Assembly (NCBI GenBank): GCA_964270895.1
Contig: OZ185437.1
From: Podarcis filfolensis
Lineage: Eukaryota
Length of the DNA stretch: 64,000 nt
Strand: one strand, 5' to 3'
The position numbers and the translations under genes were made by a program. This document shows, piece by piece, positions 47,160 through 59,769 of the stretch; position 1 is the first letter of the stretch, and each line of letters starts with the position of its first letter. The notes beneath the pieces were generated by a model. That model saw only the letters and a list, made by a program, of their open reading frames with translations. It ran no database searches and was not told the DNA's origin.

Positions 47160-49076
47160 CATTGACTTGAAGTGTTTTTTATAACATGTGTTGCTGTATT
47201 CCCCCCCCTTTTCAGTACAGGGTATGATACCTTATATTACATAAAGGGTAACATATGTCATAATATTCCAGTGCCAAGCGCAGCACTTGTACTATGTTCC
47301 ACTGAAATTGAAATCATGGAGGCTTGCTTCGAATGAGGGTTCTCTGATCTAGCGAGAGCAGTCTTCATCAAGATTCGCCTCTGCTAGGTCTCACATGCAG
47401 AAAATGGGCCTTCATCAGAGAGAACCCATGTCCAGCATGTGCGCACGGCTGCATGCACGCTTATTGGTCAGTGCTTCCCGACAATCTAACCTATCCTTAT
47501 CACCACTAGTGCCATTCCCACTACTCTCTCCAGCACCAGAGAACCACTGAGGATAAGAATCATTTCTGCCTAATTTGTATTGCCAGATGGTGTATTGAGG
47601 CAGGAAGATAGTGGCATGGCTAAGCCCATTTGATGAGTTAATGGCAAAGGCTGGGATTTCCTATCTCCTAGCTACTATACTAGACCAGGTAAATAATGGA
47701 TAAATATGTGTGCATGGTGCTTCATTTGTGATTTTTTTCCAGTGTACCTTGCTCTCTTAATCTAACCAGGTCTATTTAGAGAACACTTAAGTGGCATCAG
47801 GTTCTCTTTGTGAAGGACAGTCGGTGGTTACTTCAGGTATTATACATATTTCCACCAAGAATACCATGCAGCAAATTGTCATTTACCACAGAAGTAGTTC
47901 TTCAATCATCAAGCGCCAAAATAAAGTTACGTGGTTTAAGAACTGGTGAATGGTGATGTTGAAAACTGCAACATTAACAAACCTATGGGGAAACGGTTTT
48001 TTCTCTCTCTCCCAGAAGACATCATTTCTTAAAATTGCTGTACCTCAGTGACAGCACTTCAAAGGGAAACTCCGGTGTGAAATTGATGAAGTAGAATTTA
48101 GTAACAAACAATTCTATTCATTTTAGGCTAGCCTTTGCCAACCCTGGTGCCCTCCAGATGTTTTGGGCTTCCAATTCGATCACCTTTTCCTCCCTGTTGC
48201 CATTTTTTGTCAGAATCACAGTGAGCAAGGAAAGGGTTACACTTCCCCAAAATCCAATTCAAAACTCAGTTCCCCTCCCCACCGTACTTTTTTTAAAAAA
48301 GACCTCAACATGTTACAGGTGACAGACATATATTGCATGTGTAGTTAAGCTGTGTGTGTATATTTACCAACGAAGGAGGATACTTCATCTGACAAAGCGC
48401 TCTAGTCAATGAAATCTTATGCCGCTATAAGTCTGTTAGTCTTCAGTGCTGTAGATGGGTTTAAGGGCTCCAGTAGCTTCTCATTGTCAGATAATAATTT
48501 CTGGAGATGAAGTTTAATCTACAGCCTGCTTATCTAGAATAATCCCAGGAAGTCATTCGAGACTGTACCAGAAGTGAGTATTCATATCTCTCTTTTCCCT
48601 AAACCTCATTGAATTGCAATCAGTCATAGAGCGGATCCTCAAAATATTATGCAGCTGCAAACACTGTTGAAGTGAATGGAGGGTTAACTGGAATCCTATG
48701 GCCATCATAGGCAGAGGTTGCCAAGTACCTAAGGCTATACTGTAGTTATACAAACAGCAATTCCACAAGCAGAAGACTTCAATATGCTTTCTCTTTCTGC
48801 TTCGTGTCATACAGTAAATGGCCACACAATTAACATAGCTGACTTCATAGCCCTGCTTCTTTTCATTAATTAATATTGTTGCACAGAATGAGGAGACCTT
48901 GGGATGGGAGTGGGGAAAACACAAAAGTGCTTATTACAGTTTTCTTTGATTTATCGTATTTCTATGCTGCTTTTCATTCAAATAAATCCCAAAGCGGCTT
49001 ACAAACAATAAATAACAGTTAAGAGAATAAAATGTAATGGAACACCACAGATACAGAAAAATCATAAAAAAATTAA

Positions 49077-49317
49077 CTGCTACTACTACTACTACTACTA
49101 CTACTACTAATAATAATAATAATTGCATATGACTGGGTTGCCCCAGCCACTCTGGGCGGCTTCCAACAAACTATAAAACCACAGTAAAACACCAAACATT
49201 AAAAGCTTCCCTATACAGGGCTGCCTTCAGGTGTCTTCTAAAAGACGGATAGATGTTTATTTCCTTTACATCTGACAGGAGGGCATTCCACAGGGCGGAC
49301 TCAACTACCGAGAAGGC
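49077..49317 (-). mobile_element. L2 LINE 3' fragment including the ORF2 C-terminus
   Basis: Minus strand encodes SALWNALLSDVKEINIYPSFRRHLKAALYREAF, the LWNxLP...F...LK...F pattern of L2/CR1-clade ORF2 ends, followed by the shared tail and (ATT)n(AGT)n. Confidence 0.75.
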
Positions 49318-50868
49318 AATTACAATAAAACAATTGCAATCTATAGTATAAAACATATTAAAAGCAGCAATTAAAAAAACAACAACACACAAAACCACAA
49401 TTACAGCAAAAAGACATATGATTACCAAATCAATATGGCACTTATAATTTATAGAACAAAATTAACAGAATAACAACTAAAAATATAAGTTAAGTAAGCT
49501 CTGTTAAGTTCACACACAAACTCTCTCCATGTCCCCATGATTTGTAATCTTTCTATTCAATTCATTGAAATACACATAACGTCTGTCTTTAAGCCAGCTC
49601 AGCCAGATGTTTGCCTTCCATTGTAGAAGAGGAAAGGAGATGAAGGCCATATATGCATAAATGCTATAGCAATGCCAACCAAAATGAAACACAGCATCCG
49701 TGAAATTCGATTCCTCATAGCAAATTTTAAACCCAGTTTATTCTGGTGTCTCATTCAACCCCTCCCCTTGAGTGCTGTTCTAACCCGTCTGTCCCACTAG
49801 GCAATAGACTATGAAATCGGACATGACCGATTGATCACCAGGCATTGATTCTCATGAAAACTAATGGAATGTAAAGAAAACGTAAGAAGCCAGATCCGTG
49901 TGAAGAGGCTGTTTGTTCATTTTAAAAAATAAACTCATTTACCAGTTGGCTCAGCAATAAAGGCTAACATATTTGGGTTCAAACGAAATTAGCAGTGGCC
50001 TTACAGAGTAACGAAGTATGTGTGAAGCCTTGGGGGTGATTTGGTAGGACTAAAATAATTGCAGGATAATTCTGGCTGAAGGCACTGTCCTCTTGTCAGC
50101 CAGTCGATCAAACTCTGCCTGCGTACTTCAGATTCGTTTATTCTGTCAGCTACAGAACTATGAATTCTAGTCACCGTTTCAACCGTAAACTGTCTTAAGA
50201 GTTTGCTCTAAAAAAAAGGAAAAGGAAAAACTAAGTTTCTAAATGATGCTTTCTGGCTGTATACTCATTTTCAGGGTCTGATATGTTTATAATACTTGAA
50301 GAGGCTTATGAGCAAGAGAATTACTATTAAGGTAAGCAGCCAAATAATATCTGAACTTATTTCAAAGGCAAATATATGTAGGTGATTACATAGTTCTTAT
50401 TTTTATTATTTGGTTTTTAAATGACTGCTTAGGTTCTGTTACGATTTTGCCATGTTTAAATAATATTTCCATTTTTTCCCCTTATCCATTTTTCTAATCT
50501 AAACTTTGCACCTGATTATATAAACCAGATGGGTGCTAAAACCATGAGGAAAAAGGAAGGTAACTGAAAAGTTGCAGCAGGTAGAACAGATTTTACATCT
50601 GTCCGTCACAGCATTTCTTAACAAGGAAGTCTCATTGGGATCTTATGTGTTTATAATTATGTTCCTGGTTGAAACTTAAGTTAGAATCAAAGGAAAGGGT
50701 GTGTATAGGCATTTGTGTGGCTATTTTGTGGGTGGGGAATGGTGGCCTGCTTATGAGCACAGGTGGTCCAGCATCTATGCACTATGTGTATAGCTATAGT
50801 GTATAACTATGGTGTATAACTTACACAATTTGCTACCACAGAATGGGTATATGGGCATTAGTTTAGAT

Positions 50869-51004
50869 GAGCTATAGGGGACCTGTGGGCCATTCAGACT
50901 TTGCAGGACTACAAGTCCCATAATCCCTTACTATTGGCAATAGTGTCTGGGGCTGATGGCAGCTGGAGTCCAACATCCGGAAAGCCACAGGTTCCCCATC
51001 CCTG
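50869..51004. mobile_element. hAT-type MITE
   Basis: ggggacctgtgg ... ccacaggttccccatccctg arms; GGACTACAAGTCCCAT core; degenerate TSD gtttagat / ctttaggt. Confidence 0.7.
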
Positions 51005-51838
51005 CTTTAGGTGTCTTTAAAGTGGGATTAGGCAAATTTGTGAAACCAGGATAGAACCTGATACATAGGGCAGCATACCTGTTGGTAATAGGTGCCGGGG
51101 ATAGGCAACAGTTGATGCCTGTGATCTTCATGCCCTGCTTGTAAGCTTTCAAAAACAAACAAACAAACAAACAAACCCAAAAGCAATTTGATAAAGAATG
51201 TGGGGCTATATGCATCTTTAGTCAAACCAGTCAGGTTTGTTCTTACGTTCTTTATTCATCTCCAAAATTCTCGGCTGATAGGTGGCACCCCTCAAACATT
51301 CAGTCTACCAGATGCAACTTTTTATTGATATTTTGAGATGGGGTTGAATTTGTCCGAGTTTAGAAAACCAGGTGACAGGGAAAGGCAGAGGGAGGGAGGG
51401 AGAGAGAGAGAAAGAGAGACTAGCTGTTCCTATTATTATTTGAAGCCTGAAGGTCTTCAACGGTGAAGATCGCATAAGAAAGAAAATAATGCAATAAATA
51501 GTAATGCCCAAGAGGATCCTTTAGGTTGGTGGATGGGGACTTGTAGCTATCCAAATGTTATTCAACTCCCTTCAGTCCCAGTCAGCATGGTCAATGATCA
51601 GGAATGTTATAGTTCAGCAATATATGGTGGGCCATAGGGTTCCCAACTCACAACAGTAAACACAGCAAATCTCATTTGATCATCCTATTTCAGTCAGTGC
51701 CAGCTGTGTCAAAAGGAATTAGGAACAATTTTAGATAAAAATGTGATCAAGCGCCAATGCCCATAGAACCGAACTGTAGTTTGGTATTTCATCGTTTAAC
51801 ACTGCATTGTTATTTGTTTCAGGGATGAACCCATGACT

Positions 51839-53401
51839 ATGGGGGACTGGAACTTGCTGGGCAGCATTCTAGAAGAAGTACACATCCATTCTACCATAGT
51901 GGGCAAAATCTGGCTCACCATCCTTTTCATATTTCGAATGCTAGTTCTTGGTGTTGCAGCTGAAGATGTCTGGGATGATGAGCAAGCAGAGTTCATTTGC
52001 AACACAGAGCAGCCTGGCTGCAGCAATATCTGCTATGACAAAGCTTTTCCCATCTCCCTGATCCGTTACTGGGTGCTACAGGTAATCTTTGTTTCATCTC
52101 CTTCCCTCGTTTATATGGGTCATGCCCTTTACAGGCTCCGGGCCCTTGAGAAAGAGAGGCAGCGGAAGAAAGCTCACCTAAAAGCACAGCTGGAAGAGAT
52201 CAAGCTTATATTGGAAGAACACAGGAGAATAGAGAGGGAACTGAGGAAGTTGGAAGAACAAAAGAAAGTAAACAAGGCACCCTTGCAAGGGGCCTTGCTG
52301 TGGACCTACATCCTGCATATCCTGACCCGGTCAGTCTTAGAAGTGGGTTTTATGGTGGGTCAGTATCTTTTATATGGGTTTCAAATGTATCCACTTTATA
52401 AATGCACTCGCCCACCATGTCCTAACACTGTGGATTGTTTTGTATCTAGACCAACAGAGAAAACTATCTTCATGGTTTTCATGCACAGTATTGCAGCAGT
52501 TTCTCTCTTTCTGAATGTTTTAGAGATTGTCCACTTGGGGGTGAAGAAGATTAAAAAGACCCTTTGTGGGACACTCAAGGAGGAGCTTGTAGCCACTGAT
52601 AATGACATTAACTTTTCCAAAAAAAATTCAGTGATACAGCAGATTTGCATCATGTCTAACTTGTCTCCCCAAGGCAGTTTTAAATATATGCCAGACCAGC
52701 AAGTTGGGCTGCCAGCTTACTTGGCTCCTGAGGAAGGATTCACACCTGCTGAACAAAACCAGAACCCAATAAACGCAGAACAACAATGGTGCAGCAACCA
52801 GAGAAGCAGGCCAAATCAGCACCAGGGTCAACTCCACCACCTCTGCAGACATCTAGAACATCCTAATGAGTGTGATCAGCACCACCAACAGCTCCCCAGG
52901 CACCTCCAAAATCTCATGGGTCAGCGGCATGACTATCAACAACAGAATGAGTCTTCCAGCAGTGAGGATGTCCAGAAGCCATCACAGCAGGGCACCAACA
53001 GCTATCGAAAGAATGAACAGCATCCTCTAGAACATTCCAAGAATCCTCAACATGGTCCTAAACCTTGCATTATCTCCAGTCATATGGACAGCCCTCAAGG
53101 CATTCTTCGAAAGCATAGCCGGGCACTCAGCTGCAAGGACTTAGGAACTGATCGCTGTGACTCTCCAGACAGCGGGCGTCATCAGAACCGCAAGTCTAGC
53201 TTTTTGTCCAGGGTGTTGTCAGAAAGCCAGCTGGACACAGACTCAGACACCTCAGACTCGCGGAATGGTTCTGGCTCAGATGCCAAACACAGAGATGATA
53301 GCAGTCTTCCGAACACACCACCACTTCCTTCCGCAATGGGACGCAGAATGTCAATGGCAAGTAGACCCAAGCGACCTTCCTTCTATACCCTGCTAGTGTG
53401 A
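51839..53401 (+). CDS. GJA10: Gap junction alpha-10-type connexin (Cx62/Cx57 group), main coding exon; unspliced form 520 aa
   Basis: [88 protein letters not shown]; strong Kozak at 51839 (in-frame weak ATG at 51833); acceptor tttcag| at 51823; position next to CASP8AP2 fits GJA10 rather than GJA9. Confidence 0.93.
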   Translation: MGDWNLLGSILEEVHIHSTIVGKIWLTILFIFRMLVLGVAAEDVWDDEQAEFICNTEQPGCSNICYDKAFPISLIRYWVLQVIFVSSPSLVYMGHALYRLRALEKERQRKKAHLKAQLEEIKLILEEHRRIERELRKLEEQKKVNKAPLQGALLWTYILHILTRSVLEVGFMVGQYLLYGFQMYPLYKCTRPPCPNTVDCFVSRPTEKTIFMVFMHSIAAVSLFLNVLEIVHLGVKKIKKTLCGTLKEELVATDNDINFSKKNSVIQQICIMSNLSPQGSFKYMPDQQVGLPAYLAPEEGFTPAEQNQNPINAEQQWCSNQRSRPNQHQGQLHHLCRHLEHPNECDQHHQQLPRHLQNLMGQRHDYQQQNESSSSEDVQKPSQQGTNSYRKNEQHPLEHSKNPQHGPKPCIISSHMDSPQGILRKHSRALSCKDLGTDRCDSPDSGRHQNRKSSFLSRVLSESQLDTDSDTSDSRNGSGSDAKHRDDSSLPNTPPLPSAMGRRMSMASRPKRPSFYTLLV

Positions 53402-54247
53402 GTTATCGCTCCTTAGCATAGCGCTAGCTTAGGTCTTGGGCTTTACTGGTTCGTTCAGAATTGTGATCAAATACAGCGGAAAATAATTTTGAGTTCTTTT
53501 ATACCAAGTTAAGTCTTTGAGAAATATAACTGTTGCAGCAGAAAGGCATTTTAAAAACAAAACAAAATGAAAGGCATCAGACACTATGAATCTTATGGGG
53601 GGGGGATTGGGAATGGGGGAGGTGCATACAATCAAATAGTGTTGCCACTGCTATCAATGTTAATATTAATGTAAAGACTTGTTGTCTTCCACACATGAAC
53701 AAACAGGGTAAACAGTATTTCCCTGAATCCTCCTTGAAGCATACTTTACCCTATTTTTCAGTTTGGGAACTGAGGTTAAGGGCACCATGAAGGGTACATT
53801 ATCTCCACAGCTGAGTAGGATTTTAAACTCTATTTTTCAGCAGTTATGAGGATGTGCCATCAAATCACAGATCAGCTATAAACTCACAAGGTGGTCTAAG
53901 ATAAGCCAAAGACCTCTTGGACTCAGCTCCAACCTTTGATATGGGTATCATAACACTGGTCTAACAAAGCATTCTGAGGCTTGAAACTTCTTAGCCCCTC
54001 TGCTATATACATGGCTTCCATTGTGTCCTGCTCACAGTGACCCGTCTTGTGTGTGCACACCCTCTAGGGGACAGGAGGGTCTATTATCCCAGCAGGTGAA
54101 TGTGATCAAGGGTATGTATGTATCTCAGAATTCCTCCCCAAGCCATGATGCCACAATGTTATGTAGACACCATGCAGATCAATCAGCTGAGTGACCTTTA
54201 CAGTCATATCAAGTGAATGTGACCTATGCAGTTAGAAATTGTACAGT

Positions 54248-54253
54248 AATAAA
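54248..54253 (+). terminator. Candidate poly(A) signal for the unspliced GJA10 isoform
   Basis: AATAAA followed by GU-rich 'gagtgtgggtgcattttc'; lies inside the 53357-57094 intron. Confidence 0.4.
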
Positions 54254-56424
54254 ATATGAGTGTGGGTGCATTTTCAAGCAGATATTTTCTGCTCCTTTAT
54301 GAGCTAAGCAAGAATTAACTGAGACTGGTCTCTTATCATGCGGTGATGCAGGCTTGCCTTCTTCTAACCTGTTCAATTGTCAGGATTCTGCCTCCATACT
54401 AATTTTGGCTGGTAATTGCTTCCAACTGGTAGTTTGAGCTAAGCATTACCACGGTCCTGCAACCATTCCAATTCAGAGAAAGGCTCAGTGTACGATAACA
54501 CTTGTTTTCCTAAGAAGCAAAGGCTCATCTGCCGCATAGTTAGGCGATGCTACCTGAGAGGTGCTTATGTGGCTGCCATGTGGTACTTTGTGAGTTTTAC
54601 TTTAAATGCCTGGACAGAACCCAGAAAGAGGACAAGAGGTCATGGCTCACCACACATTCATTAGACTGCCTGCATGTTCCATGATCATAGGCACTACCCC
54701 CTCTACATCATAGACAGGAAACTTATGCCCTACCCATATTCAACTCCCATCAGCCCCAGCCAGCATGGCCAGGATCTAGAGCAGGTGTGGGGGAACCTAT
54801 GACCCTCCAAATTCCCAGCCTCAGCATGAATGTTCTATGGCAATAATGCCAAAGGGCCAATGGGAATCGTAGTTCATCAACATATCTATGAATATCTAGA
54901 AAAATCTGGAGGGCTAATGGTTCCTCACACCTGATCTAGTAGGCTACAGGTGCTCCACCCCTGCTCTAGGCTCCCTTTCTACCTCTGCACTGACAATGGG
55001 GTGGGTCAGAGCTTTAGCTGCCCATCTCATTCCTACCCTCAAAACTGTTTACTATAAAGATGCTTTATGTGGGGCTGCCCTTGTTTCTGGTCTGGAAGCT
55101 GTAACTTCCAGCAGCCAGACTGCTCATGGGAGAAAGCTACATGTTACTCTTGCTGAGAGAGCCGCACAGGTTGCCAGCTTGCTGCTGGACCAGGTTCAAG
55201 GTTATTGTGTTAGTTCACAAAGCCCTACAGAACTAGGGCCTAAAGTACCTTAAAAACCACTTGGTTCCTTAAATATTCCACTGCCAAGGGGGAATTTGGG
55301 TAGCCCTTCATGCCCGTCAGGTTTGGTCAGCCTTTCTCAGGCACCAAGCTTTCAGTGTTGCAGCCCCTACCCTGAGAAACTCCTTGCCAATGGAAGTCCC
55401 TCAGGACATCTTTGCTTCCTTTTAGATGTTGAAACCTGTACTGTTCAGACGGGCCTTTGGAACTTGATTTTGTTGTTTTTAACTAACCAGTTTTATTGAT
55501 ATGCTATTATAGTAGCTTATGTTTGATATGCTATTAGAGTAGCTTATGTTTCCACACTGCACGCCACCTTGTTGTTTTTCTATCAAAGTGTGGTTTATAA
55601 ATATATATATATTTAAATGGTTTAATGAAACAAACCAGGTTCAAACCTGGCTCACGCCACCCAGCCAGCATGTCTGATGGTCAGGGTCAGATGATGGGTA
55701 GTTGTAGTCCAACAACACCTGGAAGGCATCTGTAGTTTAAATTAATCAGAGCTCCAAGTTCAGATGTAAGGGGGAACTCACACTAGCAGATGCTTCCACT
55801 GTGACAGGACATCTTAAACAAGTAAGATGGCTCACTTTCAGAGATTTTATATTGGGCCTTGTGGGCTGATACATTCTTATATTTCTGAGAAAATACTATT
55901 TGTTTGCACTACTTACTATGCTGTTCAGCTGTTGACTGAGCTCTGCTGTTTAGGCAACAAGTGTCTATGTGGTTGAACAGGACCCAAGAAGTCCTGGGCA
56001 ATTGATTTTCCTCTCCCAATTGAATTGTTAAAAGCCATGACATGTACAGCTCCATTTGCTGGATTGGTTGAAGCAGCAGCAGCATTGACCAGCACAGCAA
56101 CTGAAATGTGGCTCTGTTGCTTAGAAAATGGGGCAGACAGAGCAAAGCTAGTCCTGTCCTGCTACTCAGAAACACCCTGAGTGACAAGAGATTGAGGGCA
56201 GACAAAGGGAAGTACTTTGACACAAATTCAGAAATGGCCACTAGCTTAGATCGCTTTTTAAAGGGATCCTATAAATTCATGGAGGACAGATCTGTTATAT
56301 CAGGAATGTGAAACCATTTGCATCCCCTGCCCCAAGGCACTGTTGAACCATAACCCCCATGATCCTTAACCATTTTGCGATGGTAGCTGCAGCTGATGCG
56401 CCACCACTTCCACATCTTCTGGAG

Positions 56425-56672
56425 CAGGGGTCAGCAAACTTTTCCAGCAGGGGGCCGATCCACTGTCTCTCAGACCTTGTGGGGGGCTGGACTAGATTTT
56501 GGGGGGAAAATGAACAAATTCCTATGCCCCACAAATAACCCAGAGATACATTTTAAATAAAAGCACACATTCTACTCATGTAAAAATACGCTGATTCCTG
56601 AACCTCCGCGGGCCGGATTTAGAAGGCGATTGGGCTGTATCTGGCCCCCGGGCCTTAGTTTGCCTACCCATG
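56425..56672. mobile_element. hAT (Charlie-like) non-autonomous element nested in an older MITE
   Basis: TIR CAGGGGTCAGCAAACT / AGTTTGCCTACCCATG; TSD ttctggag / atctggag (7 of 8). Confidence 0.8.
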
Positions 56673-57094
56673 ATCTGGAGGGCTACAGCTTCTCCACCAC
56701 TCTCATATTCTGAGGCAATAGATGACTGGAAAGTATTTGTTGGGGGCCAAACAGCAGGACAGAAGTACTGCTTGTGACTGGACTAGGCTGACCTTGGTTT
56801 AATCCAGCAGGGTGGTTGTTGTGCTTTTAATATGAAGCACTGAGCTGGTGTGGCTGACCTGCATCCCTCAGTATATTGTTGGACTCTAGCTCCCATCAGT
56901 CTCAGCATAACCAATGGTTTGAGATGATGGGAACATCCAGAGGGAAACAGATTTGTCACTCCTTCGCTAAACTGTAAGCAAAACAGGTAAATTAAAACTA
57001 AAATAATCTACAAATCTATTGAGAATGAACATTTCACTGAACCTTCTTTCTTCTTCTACAAGCCAAGTCAGTTTCTTTTTCTTTTCTCTTTCAG

Positions 57095-57133
57095 AATGTG
57101 CTACTAGAACTATCATCTATCATGAAAAAATAA
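57095..57133 (+). CDS. GJA10: GJA10 terminal coding exon (spliced isoform, 518 aa)
   Basis: Strong acceptor tttctttttcttttctctttcag|AAT GTG CTA CTA GAA CTA TCA TCT ATC ATG AAA AAA TAA = NVLLELSSIMKK*; matches the recalled mouse Cx57 spliced tail SMLLELSSIMKK; joins in phase 0 to ATG|gcaagt at 53356. Confidence 0.85.
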   Translation, partial: NVLLELSSIMKK

Positions 57134-58373
57134 TGCTTGCTTAGCAGCACTACCAAAGCACAGCAGCAAATCCCGAAACCTGAAATATGAAGGTTAAAAG
57201 CAGTTCTCTCCCTTCCTCCTAGACCCTAGCAAATATGCTGCTTCAAGGTGGACAGCTATGGATATGGAATCTGTTATTTCTGACTGACACATGCATCTTG
57301 GCAGCCGCACGTGTGACCCAAAAGCCTCTTTCAAAACGCTCCCATTTCCTCTCATGTGCAACAACTAGGAGCTGTTTAGTGTGTCCAGCTGCTACAAAAC
57401 AGCATTCTTTTGTTCCTAGGAGAAGACTATGGGGGAGATATGCCATTTGATTTGTAGGACTGCCACATAAGCTATCCAGCAGGAGCCCCGGTACACAACT
57501 TCAAGGCTGTTGAGATACAAAACATCTGTAAGGGTGGGATTGGCAGACAAGACTGCTTTCTGAAAGGCTCTCTTCCCTGCCCACCTCTGTACGCCCCAGG
57601 AATCAATGAATAAAAGATGAAAGCAGCATGCAGTAAGTTTTTAGTTCAGTGCTGCAGGTTAACAAAGAAGTCTGAATCCATCTCGAAGATGCACAGCTAC
57701 CTCCCTCCCCAGACCTTTGGCACGCTGAATCTTATGATCTTGAAGGAATTGTCAGCATTACCTTGTTACTTGCCTGTTTCTCCAAATGTTAATAAACACG
57801 GGCTGAAAGCTTTTTTAAAAAAACAAAACATGACATAGCCTACCCCTGTTTTATTCCTTTAGCATAAAAGGGGACTAAAATAACAACTTAAACTGTTTCT
57901 ACATTGTCTTTGTCCAGACAGTTCTACTTGCTGCTGCTTATGGAAAGGTTGGGTTTTTAACAACAAAAGAATAATAACGTCTCTTTCTGACTACTGCTGT
58001 TCCTGCCCTATATAGCACATAGGAAGTAAGGGTAGCCTTGCTGTAGAAAAGATACCAGTCCTGAAGGGGAAACTGTTCATTATCTGGGTGTTTTCTCTCT
58101 CTCCTCTTGTTCTTAAATAGGGCAGAGATGTCTGAGCACACAGATAGACTTAATGGAGGGGATAATAGATTCAAAAAATGGTAGGGAATAACTGCAAGGT
58201 CAAAAATGAATAGGCCAGACTGTTTCCAGCTATGTGTGGCAGCAAGGGAAAGATTATCGAGTTCACAACAGGGATGCACAACTCCCAAGGGTCACTTCAG
58301 TGCTTTTAACTAACTCAAGAGGCCCTCATTGCTATATCCTATGCGAAAAGCATTTCTGATACAAATTTAATAG

Positions 58374-58374
58374 T

Positions 58375-58423
<49 letters not shown>
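58374..58423. repeat. (TTTC)n microsatellite
   Basis: About 12 uninterrupted units, read directly. Confidence 0.92.
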
Positions 58424-59769
58424 ATTGATTTCTTTTTCTCATACAGCACGCACTCTCTTTATGAAATCCATTCCATCTTTTCAGTCTCACTCAAACACAA
58501 AAAGCATACAGAGTAAAAACCAACCCTTACCCCTTTGGGACAGAAAGAAAAAACCAGCCCTAGAAACCACAATAGATAAACGTTCAAACAGGCAACTGCA
58601 AGATGGAACAAGTGAGTTTCTTCTTCTGTTCCAGTTATAATGGTGCTCCAATCAACCCTCCTCAAGAATGCACAATTGCTTCAAGCTGCACACTTAAATG
58701 TTAGGTTGAATAGGAAACATTAACTAAAGGATAAAGAAAGACATGGTGGGGAAGACCCACTTCCATGTTTTTCACAAGCTTTTAGCGTTTTCTTTACTAG
58801 TAAATGAAAATTTTTCTAAAAGATACCATGCCCAAGGAATACAGCAAGATAAATCACAAACTACGGTAAACAACTCTGTATTTAGTTTACAAAACCTAAT
58901 TGACAATAATGTACAGCATGTCAACACATTCTATTACATGAGATCTTAAATAATATATACAATGCCAAAGTAATAATGACATGCACAACTCAGTATTTCA
59001 AAGCCGAGCAGTCCAAATATTCCTGAAATAAGTCCATGTGAGCAACTCTCTAAATGCATTTAAGCTACCTGAAGGTGGCTCACATATGTATATTGCTTTA
59101 TGAATGTTAAGAAGACCCCCATGTGAGAAAACGCTCATCAAAAGCTCAGACAGAACCTTCATAGTAGCTAACATGACCTTGGATACAATGCTTTATAACA
59201 GAGGCAGCTCATTTGTTCGGCTGCACGCCACTGAGGGCTGAACATGAATGTGTGATTCCATTAAAATTCACCTTAAAAGTAAGCTAAGATCATGCAAAGG
59301 TGAATTCTGCCCATGATAAAAGCCTGTGACACCTACACCGATCTTGCTACCTGAAGTGCAAATGAAGACCAACAGTGAGCCAGTATGGACTATGGCAGAA
59401 TGCCTAATCCCTACATAATGCTACATTTAGATGTAGTCTTGCAGTTTATTTAAGATCTGGTATCTAACAGCACAATCGTGACCATGTCTATTCAGAAGTT
59501 GTTGCTGGCATCCATCTGTCTTGAGAGACAATGGGGTATGCCTCCGGGGGTGAAGTCACAGGTAAGAGCTAAGTGCAGGGTGAGGATCAAAGGAAGACAA
59601 ACTACCACAGAAGGAGCACAACGTGTTCCTCCACCAATGGAACTATGCCTCCCCTAACACCCTATATACCCCAGAAGTAATTTCTATTGAATTTACTGGG
59701 GCTTAGCCACCTTTCAGATTTGCTTGCTTTTCAATGAACGTAACATTAAATTCAGAGGCAGAGATCTAC

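Noticed and set aside
45247-47200. Histone-type stem-loop in the CASP8AP2 3' UTR (possible feedback)
   Set aside because: No GGCYCTTTTCAGRGCC-type consensus seen on reading the region
51796-53396. Antisense and alternative-frame ORFs within GJA10
   Set aside because: Short shadow ORFs of the connexin CDS with no independent support
59495-59640. Segment resembling a retrotransposon UTR (gttgctggcatccatctgtcttgagagacaatgg...)
   Set aside because: Looks repeat-derived but I cannot assign the family or boundaries reliably without Dfam
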